A stretch of DNA of 61,169 bases from a virus (IMGVR_UViG_3300020109_000001:1-61169); one strand, 5' to 3'. Counted from the first letter of the stretch, positions 35,932 to 48,300 are shown. The notes: generated from the sequence alone by a model not told the origin. Program-made: numbers and translations.

Positions 35932-37674
35932 TCAGGCTAGAAGGGCGTTGATTTGGTCGTTGGTCAGATCGGCATTTATGACCACCACACGATGGACAGC
36001 GCCGGTCCAAGACAGTTCAGAGGCCACAGACCGCTTGCCGTAGGCGACACGGTTCACGGCTGGCAGAGCGCCAGATGCGGCTGAAGATGCCCCTGCTACC
36101 CCATTTACCATCCCATAGTAATTACCGCTCTTGGCGCGCACCGCCATTCGGACAGGGCTGCTTGTCGACAGAAGGGGCGAGGTGATCGAACCGAGGCGGG
36201 AGCTGTTACCGGCTTGCGAGAAAAGTGCTGCTCGATATTCGTTATTCGCGAAGTGCCGGCCCACATAGACGATTTCGTCATTTGTGATCCCATCGTCTCC
36301 ATCATCCAGCGCGGCTAGGATTTGCGTTTGGTTTACATCAGCCGTGATCCCCTTCGCGGCAAGAACGTAGGAAGTGCCCAAGCCCGACACATCACTATAA
36401 TCAACCCCGGTAGGGCTGGTCTTGATCGCATTGGCTGTTCGTGCCGCTTCGATGCTGGCGTAGCTGACACCATTGATGCGAGCGCGGTTGTTCTGGAAGT
36501 CCACATCAACAATACTGTCAGGCACCCACCAGTTAGCAGGCGCCGCCACCGCGATCCCGTTGCTGAACACCGCCAGTTCGCTGTCGCTTCCCGCGCCTTC
36601 CATCCAGTCGCGGCGATAGATGTTCTTGCCGCCGTCCAGGACAGGATCGACGGTGTAGATGGCGACTCCTTCCGTTCCCTCGATCAAGGTCGCATCCAGC
36701 GCGGTCGTTCCGCGATAGTAGGCATGGCCGAACTGGATCGGCTCGATGCTGTCATCCCAGGTGAACAGAGGATCGCGGGTCGTCGTGACGGCATCCCCGC
36801 TGCGCGAGACCACTGCTTCCACGAGGTTCGCCATGCCATTGGTCAGGGACGAGTCCGGGGTGACGTAAGACCCTGCGTATTCCTGCGGCTCCTCAAAGAT
36901 CACCGGCTCAGAACCAGGGTCACCCTGCAACATGATTTCATAGTCGCGCTCAACCAAGGCAGACAAAGCCGAATCCACCGTAGCATTCAGGTTGAAGGTC
37001 TTCCAGCCATCCTTGATAGCCGTAAAGGAGATGGGTCCTTGGGCTCGAGCGATGAAGAGCCAGCGGTTGGTTGTCCCATCCCGAACCACCGGGACTACCG
37101 TCTGCCCCTGCGTAATAGTAGGGAGCCCTTTGATGTCCGTGTTGAAGGTGATCTGGGACTGCTGATCGACGGGGTTGAGATTCAGGACAGCCGTGATCTG
37201 TGGCATTTCCGACAGTTCTAGTTCATTGGACCACAGGGTGATTGTCCCACTGTCGTTGGTATAAGGAACCCCAGCCCGGATCCGACCTCCAGCTGTAACC
37301 GATCCAGAAGTAGGTGTATAGGTGTTCCCAGCCTGTCCTGAGATAGTCTCCCACGAGGCATTCTCATCAATTCGATACTGCCAGATAGGTGCACCTGGAT
37401 TAGGAGTTGGAACTCCTGAAACAGATCCCGTAGCAGCAAGAGTGATCGTGTCTCCAATCAATCCAGTTCCCGTGATTTGGGGATCAGAAACACGGGCAGG
37501 GGCGGAGGGAGCCGTCGAAGCCAGGGTCTTCAAATCGACCTGAGGTCCGACGAGACGTGCCTGGTAATTCGTATTGGGATCGAGACCAAGAACGTTGAAG
37601 TTTCCAGTCCCCGGCCGGAGATCCCATTGGGTCTCCGAAGCTTTCTTGATAATGATACCATTGACTTCAGGCAT
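35932..37674 (-). CDS. tail fibre / adhesin with Ig-like and C-terminal LamG-like regions
   Basis: P.ITG....G.TIT, WQYR.....W..ISG....TYTP; C-terminal beta-rich W.G.V.RV.V.N..LT..QI. Confidence 0.6.
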   Translation of the reverse strand: MPEVNGIIIKKASETQWDLRPGTGNFNVLGLDPNTNYQARLVGPQVDLKTLASTAPSAPARVSDPQITGTGLIGDTITLAATGSVSGVPTPNPGAPIWQYRIDENASWETISGQAGNTYTPTSGSVTAGGRIRAGVPYTNDSGTITLWSNELELSEMPQITAVLNLNPVDQQSQITFNTDIKGLPTITQGQTVVPVVRDGTTNRWLFIARAQGPISFTAIKDGWKTFNLNATVDSALSALVERDYEIMLQGDPGSEPVIFEEPQEYAGSYVTPDSSLTNGMANLVEAVVSRSGDAVTTTRDPLFTWDDSIEPIQFGHAYYRGTTALDATLIEGTEGVAIYTVDPVLDGGKNIYRRDWMEGAGSDSELAVFSNGIAVAAPANWWVPDSIVDVDFQNNRARINGVSYASIEAARTANAIKTSPTGVDYSDVSGLGTSYVLAAKGITADVNQTQILAALDDGDDGITNDEIVYVGRHFANNEYRAALFSQAGNSSRLGSITSPLLSTSSPVRMAVRAKSGNYYGMVNGVAGASSAASGALPAVNRVAYGKRSVASELSWTGAVHRVVVINADLTNDQINALLA

Positions 37675-38212
37675 TGGTCCGCTCCAAGGTGATCGTCGTC
37701 TCTCCGACGGTAAAGGTGTAGTCAGGGAAGGTCCCTGCGTTCTGGACCGAGATCGAGTTCTCGAAGGGGGTGAACACAGGGACCGCGGTTGGTTTGATCT
37801 CGTAGTTCACCCGGATGGTGTTGCTTTGACCATTTGCTCCAGTAACCACAACGATCGCAAAACCAGCACCAATTGATGCAACATTCCCGTTGACAGTCAG
37901 GACCGATCCAGAGATCGAGAATCCTGTAATTGGTGATTGCAAGCTGAAGGTGTATGGAGTTACACCCCCAGATACCAAGTCATTGAGATTGACTGTAGTC
38001 ATCTGCCCCCGTTCCAGATTAACTGGATTAGGATTGGCAACGACAGGAGCATTTTGCTCTTTCGTAACAGTCACAGTTCCTGGCATCTTACGAGTGTTAT
38101 AGATCTCATAAGAACCAGGAGCAACCTTTTCTTCGACGAAAGAATTTCCTCTCCTTCTCACAAAGAGGGGAACGTCGATGATGTCGTCGTCAACAACGAA
38201 AAGTTTAGGCAT
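37667..38212 (-). CDS. Ig-like virion protein
   Basis: NAPV...VSGGVTPYTFS..GFSI; GAGGAG SD before ATG 38212. Confidence 0.6.
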   Translation of the reverse strand: MPKLFVVDDDIIDVPLFVRRRGNSFVEEKVAPGSYEIYNTRKMPGTVTVTKEQNAPVVANPNPVNLERGQMTTVNLNDLVSGGVTPYTFSLQSPITGFSISGSVLTVNGNVASIGAGFAIVVVTGANGQSNTIRVNYEIKPTAVPVFTPFENSISVQNAGTFPDYTFTVGETTITLERTNA

Positions 38213-39005
38213 CTTCTGTCTCCTCAAAACTCATCCATTCAATACCGCCAGAAACATTGATCGTATTCACATCCGGCATCTTATTGAAGGTGATTCTAGA
38301 ATCACCACCCTGAACATCCCACAAGGAAACAGGTGAATCAATCACACCCACTGTGATTGTTACTTCTCGAGTCACACCTCTATCATAAAGGACGCTTGTC
38401 AGGATGAGCTGACCCGCGCGGTCGGGTATGTATACGCCTCCGGTTGTTTCTGAAAGAACATCCTCAGACACATCAACATTGTCTAGAACAAGCTTCCAGG
38501 TTAAACCAATACCCTGCCCTGGGTCAATTTGAAGTTCATCACCAACAGAAGCATTCGTAGGAGTGATAGACGGTTGTCTTACAAATTCAGGTTGTGGAAT
38601 ATTGGCAGGGCCAACAAACCAACCGCGTTGTTCTAGCTCAGGGTCTGACGGGTGTAGTCCCTTAGCTTGTGCAGTCCAAGTCAAATCACCTATATCTGGG
38701 AGGGTGACTTGAAATGGCTCTTGATTATTTCTTGTTGCGACAACTTGTTCGCGAAACTTAAGAACACCCATATAGACTATTGGACCAGTTCCAAGATATG
38801 TAGCTGGTGTGATGGTTATAACCTCCCCCGCCTTTGGATTTGCTGGAGAGATTTGCGTTGGTGTCTCAAGTGTTAATTTTTGGAGTAGTTCTCCTTGTCC
38901 ATCCCACTCAATTGGTTGTCCCATATAGTATGGAACAATTTTTTTCTTCACACCATCTGAACCAACAATCCAGATTTCAACAAACTTCTTGAATAGATTT
39001 CGCAT
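38205..39005 (-). CDS. putative virion protein (266 aa, beta-rich)
   Basis: Tail module context. Confidence 0.6.
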   Translation of the reverse strand: MRNLFKKFVEIWIVGSDGVKKKIVPYYMGQPIEWDGQGELLQKLTLETPTQISPANPKAGEVITITPATYLGTGPIVYMGVLKFREQVVATRNNQEPFQVTLPDIGDLTWTAQAKGLHPSDPELEQRGWFVGPANIPQPEFVRQPSITPTNASVGDELQIDPGQGIGLTWKLVLDNVDVSEDVLSETTGGVYIPDRAGQLILTSVLYDRGVTREVTITVGVIDSPVSLWDVQGGDSRITFNKMPDVNTINVSGGIEWMSFEETEDA

Positions 39006-39006
39006 G

Positions 39007-39432
39007 TCACACCGTCACAAGGTAGATCATGTTTCTTTCTGGATTTGTCATCGAGTCAAACAACTGTTTGCTGATAACCCTGTTTTGATAACCAGTCACC
39101 AGATTCTCTTGTTCAATTACGAGCAAGTCGAAATCATGAATAGGACGTTCTTTACGAATGTAGAGCGGGGGGACAGGGTCGACCACCGCTCCATCATTCA
39201 ACTCGATGACAACTTGGTACTTGGTGTCTGCAAAATACCCAGCGTCATTCGGCCAGACATCTACACTGAACTCACCTTCACCATTGTGTGTTGCAGCGAT
39301 AGATTTCTTAGCGATGTATTCACCATTCTCGAAGTCAGAACCTGTTAGTCGAAAAGTGATCGACTTGATATTTGCACTTTGACCATCTGGCAAAGTGATC
39401 GTTCCTTCAACCTTTACTTTACTGATGGTCAT
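39007..39432 (-). CDS. putative tail-fibre adaptor (TITLPDG...F.V.VWPN..G...T.Y)
   Basis: Motif typical of tail-fibre N-termini; GAGGA SD before ATG 39432. Confidence 0.6.
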   Translation of the reverse strand: MTISKVKVEGTITLPDGQSANIKSITFRLTGSDFENGEYIAKKSIAATHNGEGEFSVDVWPNDAGYFADTKYQVVIELNDGAVVDPVPPLYIRKERPIHDFDLLVIEQENLVTGYQNRVISKQLFDSMTNPERNMIYLVTV

Positions 39433-39442
39433 TTTATTTTCC

Positions 39443-39925
39443 TCAGGTTGGTGCACCAAACATAACGTCAGCTTGTTTGGGTGTTATGTTTGCATACTTG
39501 CGGATTTCTTCAAATAACGGATGATTCCTTTCAATTTGAGTAACACCCGCCCAAAAAACTTCAATTTCGTCAGCAGACATACCAGTTCCACTGCTTTCTA
39601 AGAAAGATTGGAAAGTAGGTGGCCAATCTCCTTTAGCAGCGATTTTTGCTTCTTGTGGAGTAAGAATACCCATTCTCATGAGAGTGAGGCAGAAATCTGC
39701 CTTACTCACTGACGCTGTTTTTCGCCATAGTTCAATAGCAACATCAGAAACATCAGATTGACCAGGAGGAAGAATTGGCGGGTTTGTTCTTACAACGTCT
39801 TCCCAAACAGCTGGATACTCTTTTTGTGAGATTGTGATTGGCACCCAGCCATGGTGTGGATGTTTGATATCCATATCAATTCGGGATTTATCAGGATTGA
39901 TGTACCGTGCGTTACGAAAATCCAT
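39443..39925 (-). CDS. tail fibre assembly/chaperone-like protein
   Basis: RNARY......IDM.I.HP.HGWVP; follows the fibre gene. Confidence 0.65.
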   Translation of the reverse strand: MDFRNARYINPDKSRIDMDIKHPHHGWVPITISQKEYPAVWEDVVRTNPPILPPGQSDVSDVAIELWRKTASVSKADFCLTLMRMGILTPQEAKIAAKGDWPPTFQSFLESSGTGMSADEIEVFWAGVTQIERNHPLFEEIRKYANITPKQADVMFGAPT

Positions 39926-41460
39926 CAGGAGATCCTCTTGAAGAGTGAGACCATTCGACCATCGCCAGAAGTGTAGGACGATAGGATACCATGAAGTTGC
40001 CAGGTTCCGGAAGGAGATTGGGCATTAAACTGACCGGGGTGGTCGATCCGTCCAGAGGCGTTCGCATAGTAAAGACTACTACCTGACACCGTTCGCCCAA
40101 CTTGCCAGGCTCCCGTTCCCCCAGGGGTAAGTAGAGCATAGGTCCCTATTGCCCCCACCCCCAATCGAGAAGTTAGTTCACCAACAGCTGCTGCAGACAA
40201 TGAATGAGTGTGACTAGTGTCAGTTCGAGTGTTTTCAGAATCAGCAGTAATGGAACTGGGGATGCCAAGTGAGATCGTGCGATCTCCTCCAAGATTTCCT
40301 CCACCGGCTAGTCCCATGCCCGCCAAAACCTGACGAGATGTCCGAACTACCGTGGAGTCTACAGACAAGGTTCGGCTTCCGGCAAGTGAACCTCCACCAT
40401 TCAACCCGTCGCCGGCTGAGATAGTCACAGAAGTTCGAGCAATACTTGAGGGAATCCGATCAACGTCAAAGACACCAGTCCCCATGTTTGCAGGATTCAA
40501 GTTTGTCAGAGCGCTTCCGTCCCCTCCAAAAGAGGCTGCGCTTAGTCGACCAGTAGACCCATTGAAACTGAAGGTTTTATAGTTCACCCCGTCAGTAGCA
40601 TAAGACCGAAGATGAGTGTTTGCATCCGCCCCAGAAAAGAGAACGGCTCTGCGAAGTCCATCGTTAGCTCGAAGCCAGAACTCGGAGTTCCCTGTCGCCG
40701 TTGGAGCATCGACAAACAGGTGCCCCAGGATATACTGTGACCCAGTGAAAGTGTTACCTGCATTCCTCCGAGCAACTGTTGAATCAACCGCAAGAGTTCT
40801 ATCTGCAGAAAGGTTACCACCACCAGAAAGTCCGTCACCGGATGTAATATTTCGAGAAGTTCTTACAATTGTCGAAGGTGCTCGAGCATCTGCAAACGTA
40901 CCCGTCATATTGGCTGCGTTTAGATAATACGATCCTTGCTGGCCATCCAGCAAATCTGCATCAAGCCCACTCCCCGCTCCATCAACATTCTTGAGCATCG
41001 TAAGAATGTTAGCATCCGTAAAGTTACCCGCAGTAACCAAACCAAGTTCAGTTGCTGTTGGTTTATTACCAGGATGATAGACAGTCTGTCCGTTCACCTT
41101 CAAGGCGGCAGTAGCACCATTCAAAGGAACAATGTTAATCGAACCATCGTTACCAATTCGGATCGATTGACGTTGTGTAGTTCCCTTGCTCAATGTTAGA
41201 GCAACCTGGTCGCCTGATGTAGCAGATGCCTGCATAACTGGAGGCATTGCAAAAGTAAGTGTCTGCAACATGGTCGATGCCACGTTGCGATTGATGAATG
41301 CTGTCGTATCGAGGTTCGTGTTCCAGTACGCAACAAGTGCGTTCAACTGAGTAACAAAACCAGGAAGAGCACCCATGAACGAATCTGCCCGAGCCGCAAA
41401 ATCGGCTGGGTTCGCTCGAGTAGGAGGAGCGGGGAGTGGTGTGAGTACAGGTGCGGCCAT
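39925..41460 (-). CDS. tail fibre protein
   Basis: PAPPTR.NP.DF..RADSF; VDG.GSGLDADLLDG; three I..GDGL.GGG.L...RT repeats; G.IGTYA...GTW. Confidence 0.85.
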   Translation of the reverse strand: MAAPVLTPLPAPPTRANPADFAARADSFMGALPGFVTQLNALVAYWNTNLDTTAFINRNVASTMLQTLTFAMPPVMQASATSGDQVALTLSKGTTQRQSIRIGNDGSINIVPLNGATAALKVNGQTVYHPGNKPTATELGLVTAGNFTDANILTMLKNVDGAGSGLDADLLDGQQGSYYLNAANMTGTFADARAPSTIVRTSRNITSGDGLSGGGNLSADRTLAVDSTVARRNAGNTFTGSQYILGHLFVDAPTATGNSEFWLRANDGLRRAVLFSGADANTHLRSYATDGVNYKTFSFNGSTGRLSAASFGGDGSALTNLNPANMGTGVFDVDRIPSSIARTSVTISAGDGLNGGGSLAGSRTLSVDSTVVRTSRQVLAGMGLAGGGNLGGDRTISLGIPSSITADSENTRTDTSHTHSLSAAAVGELTSRLGVGAIGTYALLTPGGTGAWQVGRTVSGSSLYYANASGRIDHPGQFNAQSPSGTWQLHGILSSYTSGDGRMVSLFKRIS

Positions 41461-42392
41461 CAGACCAATCCTTCTACAGTAATCGATGCATAACTGTCAG
41501 CACCGACTTCAAGGTTTGCTGAGAAATCTGTATAGTAGCCAAAGATCATAGTCCCGGCACCATCAGTCATCCCATCGACATAGAACACACAAGGTTTCGC
41601 TCGAATCTTCGCAAGTTCTGTCAAGAGACTCCTGGTCTGATCACTTGGATAGACGATATTGAAGTCACCGTAAATAGAGTAAGGACGCTCAACGATGACA
41701 GGACGTCCGAACTCATCTCGCTCTTTGCGAGAATAATCTCGAATCCCGAAAGTTGGTTTCTCCAAGGTGACACCAATTTCCATTTCCTCACCATACACGA
41801 TCTCACCAATCTCTACAGATGCTGACGAGTCCACACGAACATAGAGAAAGTTACCTGTATAACCTGGTAGACCTGTAAAGATCATATCAGGTATCATCGT
41901 ATATTTTGAGAAGAAGTATTCAAACCAGTTTCGAATTGTTGGACTGCTGGACACTTTTCTTGTTTGAGTCGTTCCAGGTATTGTACTATAGGATGTTCCA
42001 TCAAACGTCTGCATCGCTACAGTCACTGTTTCACCAACAAGCCCAAAGAGTGCAACAGCAGTGACGTTTTCGGTCATTTGAAACCGATAAATCATCTGCC
42101 CAGTATTACCCTTTGCAGATTGTCCAAGTACGCGATCGAAGACTTTGTAACGATTAGAGTATCCAATGTTCACCCATTTTGGATTAGCAGACAACTGATC
42201 TGTAACTGGGTTCACATTGGTGCTCGTGGCGATTGCTTCAAAATCATACCGGAGGGCACCATCTGAAGCAGAGACTCGATCTCCAATCGCATAAGCTGTG
42301 GCACTTGACCAAGTTGGGTATTCGCTTAGGTCAGACCCCGACGATGACGTGAGTACCACATTGTCGGGGTCAACAGGGATCAGGATTTTCAT
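41460..42392 (-). CDS. tail tip / distal tail protein
   Basis: Directly after the tape measure gene; GIRDYSRKERDEFG...VER. Confidence 0.75.
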   Translation of the reverse strand: MKILIPVDPDNVVLTSSSGSDLSEYPTWSSATAYAIGDRVSASDGALRYDFEAIATSTNVNPVTDQLSANPKWVNIGYSNRYKVFDRVLGQSAKGNTGQMIYRFQMTENVTAVALFGLVGETVTVAMQTFDGTSYSTIPGTTQTRKVSSSPTIRNWFEYFFSKYTMIPDMIFTGLPGYTGNFLYVRVDSSASVEIGEIVYGEEMEIGVTLEKPTFGIRDYSRKERDEFGRPVIVERPYSIYGDFNIVYPSDQTRSLLTELAKIRAKPCVFYVDGMTDGAGTMIFGYYTDFSANLEVGADSYASITVEGLV

Positions 42393-45300
42393 GGTACGCT
42401 AACCTCTGGACGAACAGGGGGTGTTCCATCAACATCCCATTTACGTTGGATATCTGCACTCTGTTTTGCCTGACGAGCGATCTGAGCATTTCCAGAGTTG
42501 TTCTCCTGACGAAGCTGCTTCACTTCATCTCGCAGACCCTTTACTTCTTGGATCAGCGTCGTGGTTGGATTAACAACACCAACCTGACCAGGAACAACAG
42601 GAGCACCTGGAATTGCTGAACCAGATGGATCACTCAAAGGTGAGTCGAAGATACCAGCTTCAGCATTCGCAAGTTTGGCGATGGCTTTATCCAGGTTTTT
42701 CAGAGCATCCGTCAGAGACAGTACAGTCTCTTCCTGGAGACCATACTTCTTCAGTGCTTCTTCAAGACGCTGTTCTGCACCTTTCGCTTGTTCAGCCTGT
42801 TCCTCAGACACACTCTTCAGGAGGCTTGCTGCACGGGCAGAAGCGATCGCAAAGTCAGTGTAACTTCCGAAGTTGTTCACATCAACAGCAGCGGCTCGCT
42901 CAGCAAGATTCTGGAGACTTGTGTCCCAAACTTTCCCAGTTTCCAGAGCAATCCGGAGTTGACGTTCAGCAGCCAAGCGTTGTGCTTCACCAGTAGCGAA
43001 GGCAGCTTCCATCGTCGTATCCGCCAATTGACGGATCGCATCAGATGTTGACTTCAGCGTGTTAATGCGCTCCCGCTCAGCATTTGCAGCGTTACGGGCA
43101 GCATTTTCAGCTTCAGTCACAGCAGCCTGAGCATCTTGGATTGCCCAGATTTGCTGCTGAAGTGCACGGTTACTCGCATCCAGAGTCAGCAACTCACGCT
43201 GACGCAAAGTGCCGGTACGACCCAGAACTTCAAGCAACTGCTCTTCCAGATCTTTCCGTTCAGCTTCAATCGCTTTGGTTTTCTCCAGAGCCCAGATACG
43301 TTGCTGAAGTGCACGGTTAGACGGATGAAGCTGAGCCAACTCTAGACGACGCAGTTCCGCGTTGTTCTCAGTCAGTTCCAACCACTGTTGTTCCAGACCC
43401 TTGCGTTCATCCTCAATCTTCGCGAGATCTTCCAGATGCCAAATTTGGCGCTGGAGAGCGCGGTTCGCAGGATCAAGAGCAGCCAGTTCCAACTTGCGCA
43501 GAGCAGCAGTGTTTCCTTGCAACTGAAGGAGTTGTCGCTCAAGACCCTCCCGCTCTTGCGCGATCGCATTGGCTTTCTCCACTGCCCAAATCTGCTTCTG
43601 AAGAGCACGATTGGCGGGGGAGAGCGCGGCGAGTTCTAGGCGACGCAGTTCGGCTGTATTCCCCTGAGCAGTGAGAAGTGCACGTTCAAGAGTTTCACGT
43701 TCAGCTGCAACACGATTCTCTTCTTCGATCTGCCAGATACGACGCTGCAATGCACGGTTAGAAGGATCAAGCGCAGCCAGTTCCAGTTGCCGCAACGCAT
43801 ACGTTTTGCCTTGGACTTGGAGCAACTGTTGCTCGAGATTCTTCCGTTGGTCATTGATTTCGTTCTGTTTTTCAACAGCCCAAATCTGACGAAGCAGTGC
43901 TCGGTTAGACGGATGAAGAGCGGCAAGTTCACGACGACGCAGTTCCGCGATGTTTCCTTGAGCGGTCAACAGACGAGTCTCAAGATCATAACGTTCCTGC
44001 ATAATGTCGTTGGTCTTGTCTGTCTCGCCAGCCAGTTCCTTCTGCATATTGAGCATCTCGATGAATGCTGGTCCGAGTTTCATCAACTCCGCAACAGCAT
44101 TCGTTCGACCAGCAGCATTGAGTCGGTCGACCAGTTTCCGGAACTGTTCCGTTGTTTGAGGAACAGTCTTGATTCCCAGTTCTTTCAGAGCACCATTGAA
44201 GGACTTCTGTGCATTCTTTGCACGCTCCTGAAGACTGTAGAAGTTCTCATAATAGAAAGATGCCGCTTGAGTAAACTCATTCAGACCACCGAAGAGATCA
44301 GCAAACTTCGATGCTGCAGCTGCACCAGCCACGGACAAATCAAAAGTCCTCAGACCCAAGTCTTTCATGAACACATTGACAGTCGAGAGGCTCGTGGCCA
44401 ATCGTTGCATGGTCTCAACAGCTGTCTCTTCGCCCTGACGATAACGACCGATATTCGGAATCACCTTCTTGACCAAGAGTTCGCTGTATTCTTCCATGCC
44501 TTCCATCAGGCGTTCTTGAATCTCCTCTTGAGACATTCCCTTGGTGCTGAACTTCATCTCAAACTCAACACCTTTGAGAGATGCAGAGTTCAATTTCATA
44601 ATCTTGGAGAAGTCTGTGACAGTCTTACCAATCTCAGAGAATGCTTGACCCAGTGGGTTGGTGAGTTCGTCAGGAGCCTCAGACCACTTAGTCTTGTCAC
44701 TCCGGAACCAACCACCCTTGTAGAATTTGTAGGTGTGGGCAGCAATTCCTTCGGCCATTGAGAACGTCGCCTCAATACCTGTGTCCTTCAGTTTGCGACC
44801 AAACATCTTTTTCGCCAGCGAAACAACACCAACGACAGCACCAATGATTGGAACAGCTGCACCGATTGCTGAAGTGATGCCAGCAATCCCACCCATAGAG
44901 AGACCAGCACCAATCCCAGAGATAGATGAACTGAGTCCACCACTAAGAGCGCCCAGAATACCACCACTAGAAAATCCACTACTGATTCCAGACCAGACAC
45001 CAGAGAGACCACCCAGAACACCACCGCCAGCAGCTGCACCCCAAGTTCCCAATGCCTTCCCGAGAATTCCTTTTCTAACGGGAGCACCTGCTAGTCCAAG
45101 AGCACTCGAAAGGGGATCCATCCCCATTGATATCATGATTCTGTTACGTGCTGCAGTTGCAATCATCTCAGAGAGCATGTTCTTGAACACATTCAGAACG
45201 GAACTGGCAAACTCTTTGAAATCAGAGAATCCAGAAGCAACATAATCACCCCAGGCGTCAGCAATCTCACCGATTGCTCCTTTGACTTTCTCCCATGCTT

Positions 45301-48300
45301 TTTCTTCAGCAGCAACTGCGATCGAACGATCGATAGCATTTTGAATTGCTTCTTTGCTGTATTTGCGCTCGCTCTGAGCAACCTTGTCGATAACCGACTT
45401 AGCAATCTCACGACGCTCAATCTCTTCATCAGAAAGACCAATCAGAGACTTTCTGTAATCCAGTTCCTTATGGATATCAGCCAGAATATCCTTCTGTGCT
45501 TGGCCCTTGTCTTTTGCGCCCTTCTTAGATTTCTTCGCACCCTTTTCTTCCTCCTTATGGAGTTTCTCGGCAGCATTAACAGCACCTTCATATCCATCTT
45601 GGACATGCTTGAGTGCGAGAGAAATCTGACCAGCGTTCGGGATGACATTCCCGAGCATGTTACCAATAACACCAAGTCCCTGACCGGCAGCTTGGCCCGC
45701 TCCACCAATACCGCCTAAACCCGGTATAGCGCCCGCGATAGCTGAGACGCCTTTGAGAAGCCCTGAAAATGCCCGTAGGCCAGCCAACAACTTCGCCAAG
45801 AGCGAAGCCATCATATCAGAGGCTCCACCAATCTCACCCTTCATAATCCCGAAGGCGTTCGCAAGATTGTTAGCGGCACCAACAGAAGTCAAAATGAGAT
45901 TCAATTGTTGTTGAGAAGCACCCAGTCCCTCAAGTTGAGTCTTGAGGGTCTCAGCTTCTTGACGCTGACGCTCCCGAACAACACTGATGTGATCTTGACC
46001 GTACTGAAGCGCCAGACGATCGAGACGAATACGATCCTCAGTCTCTTTCGTGATCTGCTTGATCTCATCTTGGTTTTCACGCATCTTCTCAAGAAGATCG
46101 TTGGCACCATCAACCAGCTTTTCCCATGCGCCAGCAAAAGTCTTGGTTGCTTCAGCACGAAGTTCCACAGAACGAGCCAGATCATATTCGAGCATCTTCT
46201 GCTCGACATACTGTTTAGTGATGTCAACGTTGAAGTCTTTTTGGGCAGCAAAAGCAAGAGCAGTCTGACGAGCCTGTTCACGCTTCAGACGCTCAACTTC
46301 AATTGACTTCTCACCATACCTCAGAATTGCTTGAGACATAGCTATCTGAGACTCTGCAGCAAATTTTGCTTGAGCAGCCTCTTGGATGGCCTTATCAGTC
46401 ATCCCTTCTGTAGAAGTGGCAACCTTACCCCAGGTCCCAGCCAGGGACTTGAGGATTGCGTCAGCCATTCCAAGATAACCAGTTTGTTCAGCAAGTTGAC
46501 CGTTCAAACGATCGACTTCTGCCTGGGCTTCGCGAATTGCATCGGTCTCGAACAACTGAAGTGAAGGACCAACACCAAAGTCGAGTTCAGTCCACCACTT
46601 TGCAGCTGCCAGTCGTTCCTCTGCAACAGCCAATGCTGCTTTGATATCGGCAATGGCTGCATCTGCTTGTGTCTTTAGACCAACAGCTGTATCTAGATTC
46701 CGCTGGTTCTCGAAAGCACGCAGCTTGTTTTGGAAGTCTTCCTGCGAAGCTGTTGCAGTCTTGATTGCGGCATCATATTCCTGAACCAGTTCTCGGTTCC
46801 GGCTGATCTGCATCCCGAATCCGACCAGTGAGGCCAGAAGCATGGCGGGGAGGAAGGTCTTCATCGCCAGTGATGCAGCTTGGACAACCTTCGTAAACGA
46901 TGCGACAGCACCACCAGCAGCAGTCACAGCACTTAGAAGTTGACGTCCGAAGTGCAGAGTCGCCAGTGACGCTGCAACCAGACCGAGGAAACGCAGGTCC
47001 CCCGCCAGTTCGCGAACCGTTCCAGCATTCTCAACCACAGAACGGCTGAAGCTGACCATACTCTCCGACACTCGCATGATCCCGCGCGAAAGTGTTTGCG
47101 AGAAACCAACTGCGTGGTCCATTTCACCGATTGACACCATGAAGGTGTCAGCCATCACAGTCAGTGCCTGGCTGAGAGTCGGCACAGTTTTGCCGAATGT
47201 CTTTTCCAGGTTATCCGATTGAGACAGCAATGCGTCAAAGAATTTCTTCGAAGACAGTTCTCCGGCCAGCATCATCTGGCGGAGTTTCATCACCGATCCG
47301 CCGGTTTCCTCAATCCCTCGTGCAACAGCAACCAGGATAGGATAACCACCTTCCAACAGCGAGTTGAATTCTTCTGCGCGGACCGTACCCATACCGATGG
47401 CCTGAGCCAACTGGAGCAGAGCACCGCGAGTAGAAATTGTTGCACCACCTTGCTGAGCAAGAGCAAGACCAACGTTCTTCGTGAATTGAAGAATCTGATC
47501 TTGCGAGGCACCAAGTTCTTTGGCTGCCATCGTGGTTTTCTGATAGATTTTCGCGAGTTCGTCGACAGGAGATCGGGTCGTACGAGCAATGTCTTGAATT
47601 TCCCGCAGTTTCTCGGCGGCTTGTCCACCTTCAAAACCCAGGACTTTCAAAATGTTCGTAAGTTCGGTGTACTTATTCAGCGAGTTGTAAACTGCGAATA
47701 CACCAATACCTGCAATCAATCCATTAATCGACAGGAGGGAACCATGGATACGAGACAGTGTCCCGAGAAGTCCACGTCCCGAACGGTTATTCCTGTCTTC
47801 AATGCGTTGTGCTTCACGGAGACGCTCGGCTTCAGCACGACGGAACATTGCGTCCATGCGAGCCTGTTCACGCATCATCGATGCAACACGACGTCCTTCA
47901 GCCTGCTCAGCACGGGCAGCGGCAGCAATTTCTCTTTGAGCCTGACGTTCAGCTGCAGCAGCGGCACGATCACGTTCGGCTTGAAGGCGAAGAGAGTTGC
48001 GATAATTGCGACGGAAAGCGGCTTCTTCAGCATCAGCTGCCCGACGAGCGATCGATTCTTGTTTCGCAGCAGCTTGGGCTGCGCGATTGGCTTCTTGTTC
48101 CCGAGCCTTTTGGATCGTCAGTAGACGCTGGAACTGTTGACGCGCTGTGCGATCTTCGACATCCTGTTGACGACGAGAAGCAGCAATCTGACGTTCCCGT
48201 TGACGTTCTTCCTGCAACGCAGCTTGGTCACGCGCTTTCTGCGCCGCAAGAATGCGACGATACTCAGAACGCATCTGACGATCAGCAACAGATTCTGCAC

